Positions 11,882 to 26,600 of a DNA stretch of 64,000 nt are shown piece after piece. Location: positions 45,572,001 through 45,636,000 of the forward strand of contig NC_086108.1 of NCBI RefSeq assembly GCF_963921235.1, given 5' to 3'. Origin of the DNA: Mobula hypostoma (Eukaryota). A program made the position numbers and the translations under genes. The notes under the pieces are model-generated. The model saw nothing but the letters and a program-made list of their open reading frames with translations, made no database searches and was not told the DNA's origin. The stretch's first letter is position 1, and the number at the start of each line of letters is the position of its first letter.

Positions 11882-14800
11882 GTTCAAAGTTCAAACTAAA
11901 TTTACTATCAAAAAACATATATGTCACCATATACAACCCTGAGATTCATTTTCTTGTGGGCATACTCAAAACATTCAATAACCATAATAGAATCAATGAA
12001 ATACTGCACCAAAGTGCGGACAACCAGAGTGCAAAAGCCAACAAGCTGTGCAAATGCAAAAAGAAAGAAATAATGAACAAGCAAACAAACAAACATATAA
12101 ATAAGTAAATAGCAAGAGCATATGATGAAGAGTCCTTGAATGTGAGTCCATAGGTTGTGGGAACAGTTCAGTGATGGGCAAGTGAAGTTGAGTGAAGCTA
12201 TCCCCTCTGGTTCAGAAGACTGATGGTTGAGGAGTAATAATTCTTCCTAGTGTGTGGGACCTGAGACTTCTGTACCTCCTTCCTGATGGCAACAGCAAGA
12301 AGAAAGCATGACCTTCATGATGGATGCTACTCTCCTGTAACAATGCTCCATGTAGATATGCTTAATGGTGAGGAGGGCTTTACCTGTGATGGACAGGGCC
12401 CATTCCATTTCTTTCTGCAGAACTATCCATTCAAGGGCATTGGTGTTCCCATACCAGGCTGTGAAGCAGCCAGTCAATATACTCTACACGAAGCACCTAT
12501 AGAAATGATAGATAGCATGCTGAGTCTTTGCAGACTCCTAAGGAAGAGGAGGAGCTGCTGAGTTCTCTTCAGAATTAAACTTACATGCTGGGTCCAGGAC
12601 AGATCCTCCGAGATGATAACCGTGAGGAATTTAAAGCTGCTGATGCTCTCCACCCCGATGAGGATTGGCTTATTGATCTCCATCTTCCTCCTCCTGAAGT
12701 CAATAAGTCCTTGGTCCTACTGCCATTGAGTAAGAGATTGTTATTGTTATCACACCACTCAATCAGATTTTCAATCTCCCTCCCATATGCTGATTTGTCA
12801 CCACCTTTGATTTAGCCTATGGCGGTGGTGTCATCAGCAAACTTAAATATGGTATTGGAGCAGTGCTAAGCCATGTAGTCACAAGTGCAAAGTGAGTAGA
12901 GCAAGGGACTAAGCACAAAGCCTGTGGCTGATGGAGATTGTGGAGGAGATGTTGTTGCCAATCCAAACTGACTGAGGTCAGCAAGTGAGTAAAGCAAAGA
13001 TCCAATTCCACAAGGAGTTATTGAGGCAAAGGCCTTGATAGTAGTAAGTGCCGAGCTATAGTTGATAAAGAGCATCTTGGTATATGAGTCTTTGCTGTCC
13101 AGACGATCCAGGGTTGAGTGAAGGGCCAAGGAAATGGCATCTGCTGTGGACCTGTTGTGCCAGTAGTCATACTGGAGCAGATCCAAGTTGTTTCTCTGGC
13201 AGAAGTTGATATGTTTCATCACCAGCCTTTCAAAATGCTTCATCACTGCGGATGTAGGTGCTACTGGACAATAGTCATTGCAGCAGGTTACCACAGTCTT
13301 TTTAGGCATTGCTATAATTGAAGCCTGCTTGAAACAGGTGGGTACCTCAGACAGCCCAAGTGAGAGGTTAAAAATACATAGTGAACACTCCAAATAATTG
13401 ATCAGCACAGGTCTTTAATTCTCTGCCAGGTACCCAGTCTGGGCTGGATGCTTTCCATAAGGTCGACCTTAGAGACTGAAATCACAGGATCATCAGAGGC
13501 TTTGGGAATTCGTGATAGTTCTTCCATGTTCTGATGGCCAAAGTGAGTATAGAGGGCATTGAGCTCATCTGGAAGGAAAGTCCTGTTGACATCTGTGCCA
13601 CTTAGTTTCACTTTATAACAGGTGATGGCATTCAATCCCTGCCACAACTGTTGAGAATCCTTCAGTGATTCAAGTTTGGTCTGGGATTGCCACTTCGTCA
13701 GTGAGGTGGCTTTCCAGAGGTGGTATCAGGACCTCGTGTAGCTCTCTTGGTCGCCGGGCTTGAGTGCCTCTGATCTGGTCCTCAGCAGATTGCAGATCTC
13801 ATGTTTCGTCCAGGTCTTCTAGTTGGGGAAAGTTCTGAATGATTTTGTGGGGGCACACTCATCTAGGACTGTTGTTATAAAGTCTGTGACAACCGTGTTG
13901 TATTCATTCAGCCTCACAGATAAATATGATTCAGTCCTCCAAGGCCATCCCATTGCCGCTTCTCTGCCTCCTGTGACCACCTCTGTCATCTTAATTGCTG
14001 GAGCCTTGCCCTTAAGCCTCTGCCTGTATGCAGGTCGGAGAAGGACTGCTAAGTGATCAGATTTCCTGAAGATGGTGTGGGCATGTTGATAGTAATTAGG
14101 CAGGGATTTCTTCAAGCAAGCCTGATTGAAATCCCCGACCACGATATGAAGTGTGTCAGGTTGGACTGTTTCTTGTTTGGTAACGGCATCATACAGTATC
14201 TCAAGAGCCTGATTACAGTCACCCGATGGTGGTATGTAAACTGCAGTCAGGATTACGGAGGAATACACTTGGTAAATATCATTAGATAGTTAGATCTTCA
14301 AGGTCAGGGGAACAAGAGTACGACAAAACTTCCAAATCAGAGCACCAAAGAGAGTTTATCATGAAATACACCTTTTGCCTTTTTCTGAACCAGCAGCTCG
14401 GTCCATCCTGTGTGTTGAGAAGCCTTGGGGTCCAATCGCTGTATCTGGTATACTCTGAGTAAGCCGCAACTCAGTAAAACACAGAACACAACAATCTCAC
14501 ATATCCTTTCGATACAGCAATCTTGCACTCAGGACCTGGGTTTCGTTTTCCAGTGACTGCACCTTTGTTAACAAGATGCTGGTAGAGGGGGCCACATCCT
14601 TCTGTGTTTCAGCCTGGCTTGGAGTCCCCCCCCCCAACCCCCTCACCCCCGCCTTGATTCCAGTCATGCTGATGAACCTTTGGCCATTTAAATGTACCGT
14701 ACCTGCTTGCTTGAGATTTAAGTCCGATGAGTCCTTTAGAAGATCATGAAATCTGTAGTTCATTAAGTTGATTTAAAGATACAGTGCTTCAAGGGAAATG

Positions 14801-14890
14801 ACATGCTGCAGCGTAATTCAAAAGAAATATATTTGGAAGTATTGTACGTAGCCCACAGAATGTCACAGTGGTTCACCTGACGGCATCATG
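11882..14890 (-). mobile_element. Near full-length decayed Rex1/Babar-like LINE (APE and RT)
   Basis: TAVYIPP..VVGDFNQ..SDH (endonuclease); NDYCPVAPTSAVMKHFERLV, RSTADAI, LSPLLYSL (RT); many stops; tttgaac tail. Confidence 0.9.
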
Positions 14891-16743
14891 ACTGTTCGGA
14901 CGTATTCAGACTGTTTCAGCTACTTAGAGCAGTTAATGAATCAAAACCTTAGAGTCACATGCACAAGCATATCATAGGCATTTCTGTCCTTGACTTCTGC
15001 TGGAGCAAAACTGCCTCCAACGTTGAAAACACTCATAAGAAATTCAGACATAATCTGGAATAATTTTCTCGCTAACCGTCAGAAAAACAACATGCGCCAC
15101 TTGAGTTTCTAAGATGCACCGCCAGCAACTACTGCCCTTTGGGAGACCTGAATCAGAAGGTGCCACACTGCTGTGTACCTCACTCAGAGTGTTTTAATGA
15201 GAAACTGATTAAGCTATTAAATACAGTATATTTATCTGTTTTTATTCAAAGGCAGTGCATTTTTGACTTATCCTAGTGGAAGTGATTTCAAATTGCTGAT
15301 ATTAAACCTTGTAATAACTACTTCTGAAATTAATTTATCAAATGTAGTTTCCAGGAGTTTCCTGCCAACATGTCAATGAGCTGTGAATTCTAAGTACCAA
15401 CCTATGTAATGACATTATGCCTTTCATTACCTCAGAATACCCAAAGAGCTTTGTGAACCATTAAGCAATTTTTGGCATGTAATCACTGTTGCAACATGAG
15501 AGATGTGGCAACCAATGTGTATGCTTCAAAGTCCCATTAATAGTCCCAAGATAATAACCAGAATATCTAGATTAACATTGTTGATTGAGGGTTAAGTATT
15601 CGCCAGTTTTCTAGAAAGTTCAACTCTGATATTTAAAAATAATGAAAGTGGACATTGGTCCTGCCAAAAGGTTTCGGCTGGAAACGTCGACTGTACTTTT
15701 TTCCCCAGATGCTGCCTGGCCTGCTGGGTTCCTCCAGTATTTTGTGTGTGTTGCTCGGATTTCCAGCATCTGCAGATCCTCTCTTGTCAGTGGACATTGG
15801 TATTGGTCTTGGTTTTTATTACTGTCACATATACCAAGATACAGAGAAAAGCTTGTCCTACAAACAGCTTACACAGAATCCGCAGTCACAGCTCAGTACA
15901 TCCCAGAAATCAGCCATCCTCCACAGACTGTCTACACTTCTCATTGCCTTGGTAAAGCTGCTAGCATAATCAAAAACCCACTCTTCCCTGGACATTCTCT
16001 CTTTTCCCCTCTCCCATTGGGTTGGACAAACTGAAGCCTGAAAGCATGAACTACAAGGCTTAAGGGTGGCTTCAGTCCTGCTGTATAAGAATATTCAATG
16101 GTCCCCTTGTACAATAAGATGGATTCTTGATCTCATAATCTACCTCGTCCTGACCTTACATCTTATTGTCTACCTGCACAACACTTTATGTAATGGTCAC
16201 ACTTTATTCTGCATTCTGTTTTCTGTTATTGTTTTACCTTGTACTATCACTGTTGTAATGAAATGATCCGGTATCCGAGACAAGTTTTCTCTGTACCTTG
16301 ATACATCAACAAAATGACCAGTTTACCGTTAAAATCACTGGGGGATTGCCCTGGTCCAATGGAGAGAGATGAAGGGCATGCCAGGGTCAGTACAGTAGTA
16401 AAACTGAAAGTTCACATGCAGTATCATTTATGTGCTAAAAGTGAGAAAAACATGCACTATACAGAGTTAAGCCATCCCACAGCCAACAGAGTTAAGTATA
16501 GGTATCCTCAGTAATGACAAGACAAGGCTGAAAGGAATGTAACCACATAGAGCTAGAAATGCAGAGCTATGGGTGCAGAGGGGACAATCTATCTTTGCTT
16601 TATATTGAGATTCCACTAGTATAGTAGCCAGTTCTCAGCCAATTCGATGCACATGATGGGATATTTAAAAAAAACTGCAGGGAGTAATTCACTTAATAAA
16701 GGCTATGAAGCTGGCCAACATCACAGCTATAGTATTGAGAATC

Positions 16744-16848
16744 AATACTGAAGAACTAAGTACACCTCTAACCAAGTTAATACTGAAGAACTAAGTACAC
16801 CTCTAACCAAGTTAATACTGAAGAACTAAGTACACCTCTAACCAGGTT
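16744..16848. repeat. Tandem repeat, 3 x 35 bp
   Basis: AATACTGAAGAACTAAGTACACCTCTAACCAAGTT starts at 16744, 16779 and 16814. Confidence 0.95.
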
Positions 16849-17879
16849 ATTCAAATACCATCATTCCAGCAAATATTCAACAATGTGGAAAAATACCTTG
16901 GTATATCCTGTCTGTGAAAACCAGAATAAATCCAACATGTCTGTAAAACTACCAATTTCTCCATAATTAGTAAAGCAGTGGAAAATGTCATAATCAGTGC
17001 GATCAAATGGCACTTAACCACTGATAAGCTATTCACTGTCACCCATTTTGGGTTTCACCAAAGCCACTTAGTTTCCTCAAAGGCTCAGTGTCAACATGGA
17101 CTCAAAGGCTGAATTCCAAAGGTGAGATGAGAGTGATTACCCTTGACATCAAGACGATAGTTAACCAAGAATAGCAGCAAGGGGCCCTGGAGATCTGAAA
17201 TCACTGGGCAGGAAGTGGAAAATACTGTAATGTTATTTGCCAAAGCTATTCTGACAGCAGCTCCCAAGTCTGCAACCTGTCCGAGTAAGGAGAAGATCAA
17301 CAGGCAAATGGAAACATCACATCCTGTAAGATCCGTGGTATGCCACAAGCCATTCTGATCCTGTTGTTTCAGGAGCTCCTTATCCAAGTTCACCAGAAAG
17401 AATGAAGTGGTTTGAAAAGGTGATTCACTACTGGGGCAGTTAGGACTGGGCAACACATAATGGCCTTGTCAGTCCTGCTCTGTACTTTGTGTCTGCCCTC
17501 TTTGCCCTCTGTACTGTTAAGCATTTATTTTGACCAGAGAAAGTAAGTCATCCTTGAAACAAGTATAAGTGCCTCATTTCTCTATCCTTAGCCAAATTGC
17601 CAACTGAATCACAACTGAGTATCAACATCTTTTACGCTTCTCTATTCCCCTTGCAACAAGCTAGTTATTACCAAGAAGGAGGAAGCCAATGTAGGTCATA
17701 GGAATTGCTAAAAGACTTTGTGGAACAGGATGCAGGCAACATAATTTTGAATGAGTTTGCGATGGGCAGGGTGGCAAATGGATTAGTACTTTGAATCACC
17801 CATACCATCTATATCTCTCTGCAGGTAGATATTTTGAGGTTCTATGCTTGAAAAGTAAAAAGATTTCCTTTTGCCAGAG

Positions 17880-19720
17880 AACATGCTGTCTGGGTAGGCC
17901 CATTGTCTCTGCCTGTTCCTGCCCCGCTGAACGTGTCCTCATGACTCGACTCCATTCTATCCCCCTTGGTTCAGTCCCTTCCCACCGACACCTGTGACAT
18001 TTCTCATGATCTTGATATCCCCACTAACCTTCATTTCCTGGGCCCTGACTGCCTCATTTTTGCTATGGATGTCCAGTTCCTATGCACTTCTATCCTCCAT
18101 CAAGGAGACCTTAAAGAACTCTGCTTCTTTCTCAATAAAAGAACCAATCGGTTCCTCTCCACCACTTCCCTCCTCTGTCTGGCAGAGCTGGTCCTCAGAT
18201 TCAACAATTTTTCCTTCAGCTCCTACCACTTCCTCCAGACTCAAGGGGTAGCCATGGACAACACGCTTGGGCCCCAGCTATGCCTGCCTTTTCATTGGCT
18301 ATGTAGAACAGTCCATGTTGCAATCCTTCTCTGGTAATGCACCCCAACTCCTTCTCTGCTACATTGATGACTACATTGGTGCTGCTTCATGCTCATCAAT
18401 TTCATCAACTTTGCCTCCACCTTCCTCCCTGCCCTTAAATTCACATCCATTTCTGACACCTCCTTCCCATTTCTCGATCTCTCTGTCTCCATCTCTGGAG
18501 ACAAATGTCAACCGACATCTTTTATAAACCTACCAGTTTCCACAGTCACCTGACTACATCTGGACCCACTCTATCTCCTGTAAGAATTCTATTCCCTTCT
18601 CTCAGTTCCCTCGTCTCTGATGCTTCTGTTCCCAGGATGTGGCTTTCCTTTGCAGAACATCAGAGATGTCCACCTTCCTGTAAAAGTAGGGTTTCCCTTC
18701 CTTCATTACTAATGCTGCCCTCACCCGCACCTCCTCCCTTCTCTGAACCTTTGCGCTCACCCCATCTTTGTGTCACCTTGACAGTGATAGAGTTCCTCCA
18801 CAACTTCTGCCATCTTCAAAGGTATCCTACCAGCAAACCTATCTTTACCAGCCCTTCCCACCATTGCTTTCAGCAGGAATTTCTCCCTTTGTGATTTCCT
18901 TGTCCATTCATCTCTCCCCATTAATCGCCCACCTGGCATGTATCCCTGCAAACAGCTGAAGAGCTATCTCTTCCCATTTACCTCCCCCTCACCTCCATTC
19001 AGGGACTTAAACAGTCCTTCCAGGTGTGGCAACATTTCACCTGTGAATCTGCTGGGGTTGTTTTATGGTTCCGATGCTCCTGATATTGCCTCCTCTACAT
19101 TGGTGATACTCGCCGTAAATTGGGCGACTGCCCTGTCAAGAACCTGTGCTCCATCTGCCAAAAGCGATATTTCCCAGTGGCCAAACATTTTAATTCCGAT
19201 TCCCACCCATTCCCATCCCAACATGTTGGTCCATGTCCTCCCCTTGTGCTACAATGAAGCTACCCTCAGAATGGAGGAGCAACACGTTATATTTTGTTTG
19301 TGTGGCATGAATATCAATTTCTCCTACTGGTTAAAATAAATTTACTTCCCCCTCCCCTCTTCTTCCATTCCCCACTCTGGCTGCTTACCTCTTCTCACCT
19401 GTCTATCACTTCCCGCTGGGTCCTTTTCTCCTTCCCTTTCTCCTATGGTCCACTTTCCTCTCCTATCAGATTCCTTCTTTTCCAGCCCTTTACTTTTTCT
19501 ACTCACCTGACTTCACCCATCATCTTCTAGCTATCCCCCTTCCCCTCCTCCACATTTTATTCTGACATCTTCCCCTTCCTTTCCAGTCCTGAAGAAGGGA
19601 CTTGGCACAAAACGTTGACTGTTTATTCATTTCCATATATGCCGCCTGGCATGCTGAGTCCCTGCAACATTTTGATGTGCATGGCTTTGGATTTCCAGCA
19701 CCTACAGATTTTCTCCTGTT
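17880..19720 (+). mobile_element. Penelope-like element (RT, GIY-YIG relic, terminal repeat)
   Basis: FAMDVQFLCTSI, QTQGVAM..GPSYACLFIGYVEQ, YIDDY, TDIFYKPT; frameshifted. Confidence 0.9.
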
Positions 19721-21454
19721 TATTAAAGGGTTATGCCTGATTACTTTTTTCCAACATCAAGGGAGAATTCTAATTGCACAGTTTCATTTTGGCACAATTG
19801 GCACTTTTATCTCTTTCAAGTACATCACATTCGTCCATTTTTCTCATTTTTCTTTAAAGATGACTTCTGTGTGTTTCCTATTTCCCCATTAATTTAAAAG
19901 AAATAAATGCATTTAGATCACTGTACTTCATTCCAATGAATTGAAACCAATGTTGTAATCTAAAAGATAATTTCCTTTGATTCATTTCCACTTCTCCTTT
20001 TATTTATTCTCACCTACAAATCTTGCAAGTACTGATAGTAATTAACATTTGACATCAAACATGAAAAACTATTATTTTGACAATGATTGTGAAACCAAGT
20101 CAATGCAGAATAATCATTAAGCTTCAAGAATCAAGATTGTTTAATGTCGTCATTTCTGGTACACAAGTGTAAAGCAGAACGAAATAATTGTTACTCTGGA
20201 TCTGATACTGCACAAAAAAGACACAATAAGATAAAGAACACAATAATTGCATAAGATAGTTTATATACGAAGATTGATTGCCTGTCTATAAGCTGAAGCT
20301 AGGCGCTAGAGTATCTGCACTTAAGCTGGCTGACAGGAAATTATAAAGTAGTGATAGTGCGAGGTGTGGAGGGGCACCAGCTTTAGGCATGATTTTTTAA
20401 ACCTTATTCATTGCTTGCTCATTTTGACAACTGGTTTACATTCAGTGCACAAACTACTTCTAAATCAAATAGCAAAATTTTCACCCTGCATTAAGATTAT
20501 ACACTTACTGAGTCTTAGTGCCTGCACAGGTAAGTGATGATGCTGATTTTGGAGAGATGCAGCCAAGAAAGTAAACTAGCTGGCGTGTGTTATTGACTAT
20601 TTATCTAAGGAGTACCAAGATCACTTTTGAATTCAGAAACTTGAAAGATTGCTTCATAGAAATAATTAAAACATAATTGATAATCAATCTTCATTTTAGT
20701 ATTGCACTTGTATCCAATTTCAAATGTTGATTGAAGTCTGATAATTTATATTATTGTCTGTGTTTGACCTTCCTAATTTGCTGGTTGGATATGTATGAGA
20801 AGTCAGGGCATGACAAGTTAATGTAAGCCAGGACAGGCTGACACTGAAAACGACATCTTGAATCATCCAAACAATTGAAATCTGAGCTAAGTGTCCTGCA
20901 GGTATTCTCAGTTGGAACTGTTGTCACAGCTGAAGCTGACTGACATAGTTTTGATCATCCAGGTTGCCAATAAATCACTAAACCTTCATAAACAAGGGCA
21001 TCAATTCATTATGTGGGACAGTTTTCGATTGCTCGCTCCGAACCTCCGGAATCCTGGATAAATGAAGCACATATTTGTTCATATCTGCTGATTTTCATCT
21101 TTATTATCTCTTTGAGAAATCTACATTGAATGCAAACAAGTGTGCTGCCAATTTTAAAACTGATGACCTGTGACTGACTTTTAATTTTTTTAATGAATCA
21201 TTGATAATCTTCTTCATGATGTGACCACTGCTGTGGTGATGCATATTAGCAGTTATAGACGCAGTGCAGCGTTACCACATGATGAACTTTATTATGCAAT
21301 GTGCCTTAACAAACTGTAAATCTTAGAAGAGCATCCGTTATATTTTGGCACTTTTGATTTTCAGGTTAAGTGTCCAAATTAAGATAATTATGTTATTTTG
21401 CAGAAGGCATTCAGTTGTGATCGCTCACTCATTCGTTCTCTCTTTTTCTAAGAC

Positions 21455-21960
21455 AGTCTGTCAGATCAGGGATGACAGACTTCCAGTCCAGTTTTATAGA
21501 TTCTGAAGTTGCTGGTTCATATGGGTGACTGCAGAGTCTTCCACAGCATAATGGGATGGGTGAGGTGTTGTGTTACTTCTACCACATACATAACGCCTCT
21601 GTCTGCTCTAGATGCATAAGGTCATACTTCTCAAAATCATCCTGCATATTCTTGTTCTATTTTAAATGGTTGTGAGTCAGAGGTTCCCAGGAGTTAGTAG
21701 GAATGTTGCATTTCTTCATGGAGAATTAGAGAACATCCTTTAATTTTCTGTTCCCATTGACTGTCTGTACTGGGAGTCTGTTGCTGGGCATGTGAACAAT
21801 ATGGTCTGCCCAACGTGGTCAGCTGACTCGACACTGGGAACATCTGTCTGGGGGAGGAAACAGATGTTAGTTTGCTTGTGCACTCAATAAGTTTGGAGGA
21901 TTTTGTCTGCTACAGGTAATCCAAGTGTTTGTGAGGCAGGGATTACTGCACTTCATCAGG
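21455..21960 (-). mobile_element. Old RTE-clade LINE fragment
   Basis: Minus strand near 21775-21825 reads RWADHIVHMPSNRLP, similar to the RTE motif QLRWAGHxxRMxxxRLP. Confidence 0.6.
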
Positions 21961-21984
21961 CGATATGGTATGTTCCAAATCAGA

Positions 21985-22021
21985 GGTCCTGATGAAGAGC
22001 CTCAGCCTGAAATGTTGACTG
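21985..22021 (+). ncRNA. Minimal hammerhead ribozyme motif, degenerate
   Basis: GGTC-CTGATGA-AGAGCCTCAGCCT-GAAA-TG-TT-GACTG. Confidence 0.5.
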
Positions 22022-22914
22022 TTCATTTTCCTCTATGCTCCTGCTGAGTTCCTTTAGCACCTTGTGTGTGTTGATCCAGACCTTTGAATTCCCTTTTTTC
22101 AGTCAAACATTGGTAGCTTGACAGTTTAAAGATGATAGTGAATTAATTCTGCCTTCACTGACGGGACGGGAAGTTGTACAGCAGGAAGATTCATTGTCTT
22201 TCAGAGAGTGGTGAATAATGTTAATGTCATCAGACAAGTGGCAGATTCCCAAGTCAATTAAACTGAAATTGCTGCAAAACATTACAAATCTGGTTCAAAA
22301 TACAGCTTTGTTTAAAATTATTTATCAGCAGAATTATTTATTTTATTCCATACAATTGGCTTACAGGTAACAACAATTAATGTTGTTGTCTGTAGATTCA
22401 ATCTGTTTCTGCATGTGGTTCTGATCTTAATATGTGATATAGACTTCACCAGAAGTAAGAATGCATAAGTATTATACTTTTTTATTATTTATTGGACACT
22501 AAAATGATCTATCATTCTCAGTATGCAGATATTGTGATTACTGAACAAAGAAATCAGATGAATGTTATCGTTTTGCCGACGCCATGTGGTCGAGAACACT
22601 ATAAACTATCTCTTCCTTGTATCTCCCACTTACAAGGACAGATAAAGTACTGAGACAGGTATCTAATCTTGTTCTTACATCCTATAGGGGCAGCAAAAGT
22701 GTTACCAAAGATAGGAAGGTGTTGCTACAGCAACGTATTTTTCTTTATCTATTTGAGTTAAGACGTGTTCTTTACCTCCAGCATTCTGACAAAGGCCAGT
22801 TTATATTTTGATTTTTCAATTATAAGACAAATTGGATGCTGGTACAATATTCTGAATTTATAAATACAAAGTAATTTGTAGCACAGCATTTCGTGTACCA
22901 TCAAGTAATGGAGA

Positions 22915-23290
22915 CATATAACACTTAGCACAGAACCAGGCTCTTTGGCCCATCTAGTCTGTGCCAAAGCTGCCTAGCCCCATCGACTGCTCCTGGACCA
23001 TAGCCCGTCGTACCATTACCACCCATGGACCTATCCAATTTTCTCTTAAATGTTGAAATCAATCCTACATCCACCACTTACGCTGGAGGCTCATTCCACA
23101 CTCTCATCACCCTCTGAGTAAAGAAGTTCACCTTCATGTTCCCCTTAAACATTTCACCTTTCGCTCTTAACCCATAACCCCTAGTTGTGGTCTCACCCAA
23201 CCTCAAAGGAAAAACCCTACTTGCATTTATTCTATCTAAACCCTTCATAATTATGTATGCCTCTGTCAAATCTCTCCTCAATCTTCTATG
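22915..23290 (-). mobile_element. CR1 3' fragment
   Basis: RRDLTEAYIIMKGLDR...TRGYGLR...NFFTQRVMRVWN. Confidence 0.85.
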
Positions 23291-23649
23291 ATAGTAGAAT
23301 TATCTGTTCAATCTCCATTAAGAAAGGCAGAGATGAAAGAGGAAGTAGCAGAAAGAATCATAGATGATTGAGGGTGTCGAGATGTTGGCAAGGCAATTTG
23401 GGGTTATGTCTGAGACTGAGTAGGAAGGTTTTGGGGAGATGCTATGTTCAGAAGAGAATTGGGAAGATTTGAACAGATGATTGAGGGAGCAGGAGGTTGA
23501 GGACATCAGGAATGAAAGAATGAAACAATCTCCAAAGGAGAAAAGTTAAAAAGGATAATTACTTATAAGATGGACTCCTCGGGCTTTCCAGAGCAGTCTG
23601 ATAGGATAAACACCATTAACTACTTTAAATTATTCCTTCTTCAGTATTC

Positions 23650-26600
23650 AAGGCATATTGCTTCCTTGGTGCCAGGGTTAGGGACGCCTTGGATTGAGTC
23701 CACAGCGTCCTTAACCAGGAGGGTGAACAGCCAGAGGTTGTGGTCCACAAAGGTACCAGTGGGATCAGAGGTGGAGAGGGTCAGCAACTTTACATTCCTC
23801 GGTGTTATCATTTCAAAGAATCTGTCCTGGGCCCAGCACGTTCGGTGCAAGTACAAAGAAAGCATGGCAGTGCATTTACTTCCTTAGATGTTTGTTAAAA
23901 TTCGGCTTGACATCTAAAACTTTGACAAATGTCTATAAGATGTCTGATGGAGAGTGTACTGACTGGTTGCATTATGGCCTGTTAAGGAAACACCAATGCC
24001 CTTGAATGGAAAATACTATAAAAATTAATGGATACGGCCCAATCCATCACGGGTGAAGCCCTCTCCACCAATGAGCACATCAGCATAAAGCATTATCACA
24101 GGAAAGCAGGATCCATCATCGAGGGCTCCATCACCCAGGCCTTGCTTTCTTCTTGCCGCTGCCATCAAGAAGAAGGTACAGGAGCCTCAGGAGCCACACC
24201 AACAGGTTCAGGAACAGTCATTACTCCTCAACCATCAGGCTCTTGAACCAGAGGGGATAACTTCACTCATCTTCACTTGCCCCATCACTGAACTTCTCCC
24301 ACAACCTATGGACTCACTCTATCTCATGTTCACAATGCTTATATGTTTATTATTGTTATTTCTTTTTTTTTCTTTTGTATTTGTAGATTGTTATCTTTTT
24401 CACATTAGTTGTTTATCCGTCCTGTTGGCAGCAGTCTTCCATTGGTTCTATCATGATTCTAGGATTTACAGAGTTTTCCTGCAAGAAAATGAATCTCAGG
24501 GTTGTATCTGGTGACATGTAGGTACTTTGATAATAAATTCACTTTGAACTTTGAACTTTGAACTTTGGTAGGAAGGGTGATGATCTCCTGCAAAGAGAAT
24601 TCAGGGAGTTGGGTGCTAAGTTAATGGCCAGGACCTCCAGGGCTGTGATCTCAGGATTATTACCCATGTCACGTGCTAGTGAGGCCAGAAATAGGAAGAA
24701 CATACAGTTCAACACATGGCTAAAGAGATGGTGCAAGAGGGAGGGCTTCAGATTTTTGTATCACTGGGCTCTCTTCCAGGGAAGGTGGGACCTGGACAGA
24801 TATGATGGCTTGCAGCTGAACTGGAGGGGAACTAAAATGCTTGCTGGGCAGTTTACTAGTGCTCCATCAGGGGTTTAAGACTTGTGTTACAGGGGTACAG
24901 GAACCAGGGTGCCAGAGCATATAGTGGAGTGGTTGTGGAGAAAGATATTTTAAAGCCTACATGCAAAGACAGGAATTGAAAGGTTGAGCATAATGGGAAT
25001 AGTGTTCTGAGGTGCATCTATTTTAATGCAAGGAGTATTGTGGGAAAGATGGGTGAGCTTAGAGCGTGGATCAGCACGTGGAATTACAACATTGTAGCCA
25101 TTAGTGAACGGTTGCAGGAGGGGCAAGAGTAGTAGCTGAAAGTCCCATTGATTCTGTTAATTTAGATGTGCTATCGTGGGAGGGAATAAAGGCGAGGAGG
25201 TGGCATTACTAGTCAGGGAAAATGTTACTGCAGTACTCAGCCAGGCCAGACTGCAGATCTCATCTACTGGGGATATACGAGTGGAAACTGAGGAATAAGA
25301 AAGGGAGGACCACGTTACAGGGATTATATTATAGACCACCCAACAGTCCGTGAGATTTTGAGGAGCAAGTTTGGAGAGAGATCACAGACAGTTGAAAGAA
25401 ATATGAGGTTGTTATAGTAAGTGATTTTAACTTTCCACATATTGACTGGAACTCCCATACTGTAAAAAGACTGGATGGAATGTCAAATATGTTCAGGAAA
25501 GTTTCCTTAATCAATATACATATAGAGGCCCCAACTAGAGAGAATGCAATACTGGATCTCCTATTAGGGAATGAAACAGGGCAGGAGACAAAAACGTGTG
25601 TAGGGGAACACTTCAGATCCAGCGATCATAATGCCATCATTATGTGAATGGGAATGGATAGGTTTGGTCCTTGGTTGAAATTCTAAATTGAAGAAAGGCC
25701 AATTTTAATGATATCAGAAGGAATCTGGCAAGTGTGGATTGAGGAAGGTTGTTTTCTGACAAAGTTATACTTGGCAAGTGGGAGAACTTCCAAAGTGAAA
25801 TTTTGAGAGTGGAATTTGTACATTTCTGTCAGAATCAGAGGCAAGTATAACAGGTTTAGGGAACCAGCTTTCAAGAGAGATTGAAGGAGGAGGTGCAGCA
25901 AGGAACAAATGAGGAGAATTACAAATACATGAGAATGCTGAAAATGGAAATCAGGAAGGCCAAAAGAAGGCAGGAGGTTGCCCTAGCATTCAAGGTGAAG
26001 GAGAATCCCAATTGCTTCTACAGATATTTAAGAGCAAAAGGATTGCAAGGGATAACATTGATCCACTTGTAGATTACAGTGGTTACCTGCTCATGGAGCC
26101 AAAATAGATGGAGGAAATCTTAAATAAATTTTTTGCATCCGTATTTACTCTTAAGACAAACACAGCTTCTATAGAAGTGAGGCAAATCAGTGGTGAGTTT
26201 ATGGACAGTATGCAGATTACAGAAGAGGAGGTGTTTGCTGTCTTGAGGCAAATTAAAGTGGATAAACTCCCAGGGCCTGACGAAGTATTCCCTCTAACCT
26301 TGTGGGAGGCTAGTGCGGAAATTGAAGGGGCCCTTGCAAAGATATTTAAAATGCCCTTAGCCAGGGGTGAGGTGTCAGAGGACTGGAAGAAAGCTAATGT
26401 AAGAAAGGCTCTAAGAGTGAGCTGGGAAATTATAGTCCAGTGATCCTGATATCAGTAGCGAGTAAGTTATTGGAAGGTATTCTAAAGGATCTAGGTATTT
26501 GGATGAACAGGGACTGATTAAGGATAGTCATTATAGCTTTGTGTGGTAAGTTGTGTCTAACCAATCTTATAGATTTTTTCAAGGAAGTTACCAGGAAAGT

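Noticed and set aside
20440..20540. Isolated donor CAG|GTAAGT as an exon of another gene
   Set aside because: No coding homology or partner exons found.
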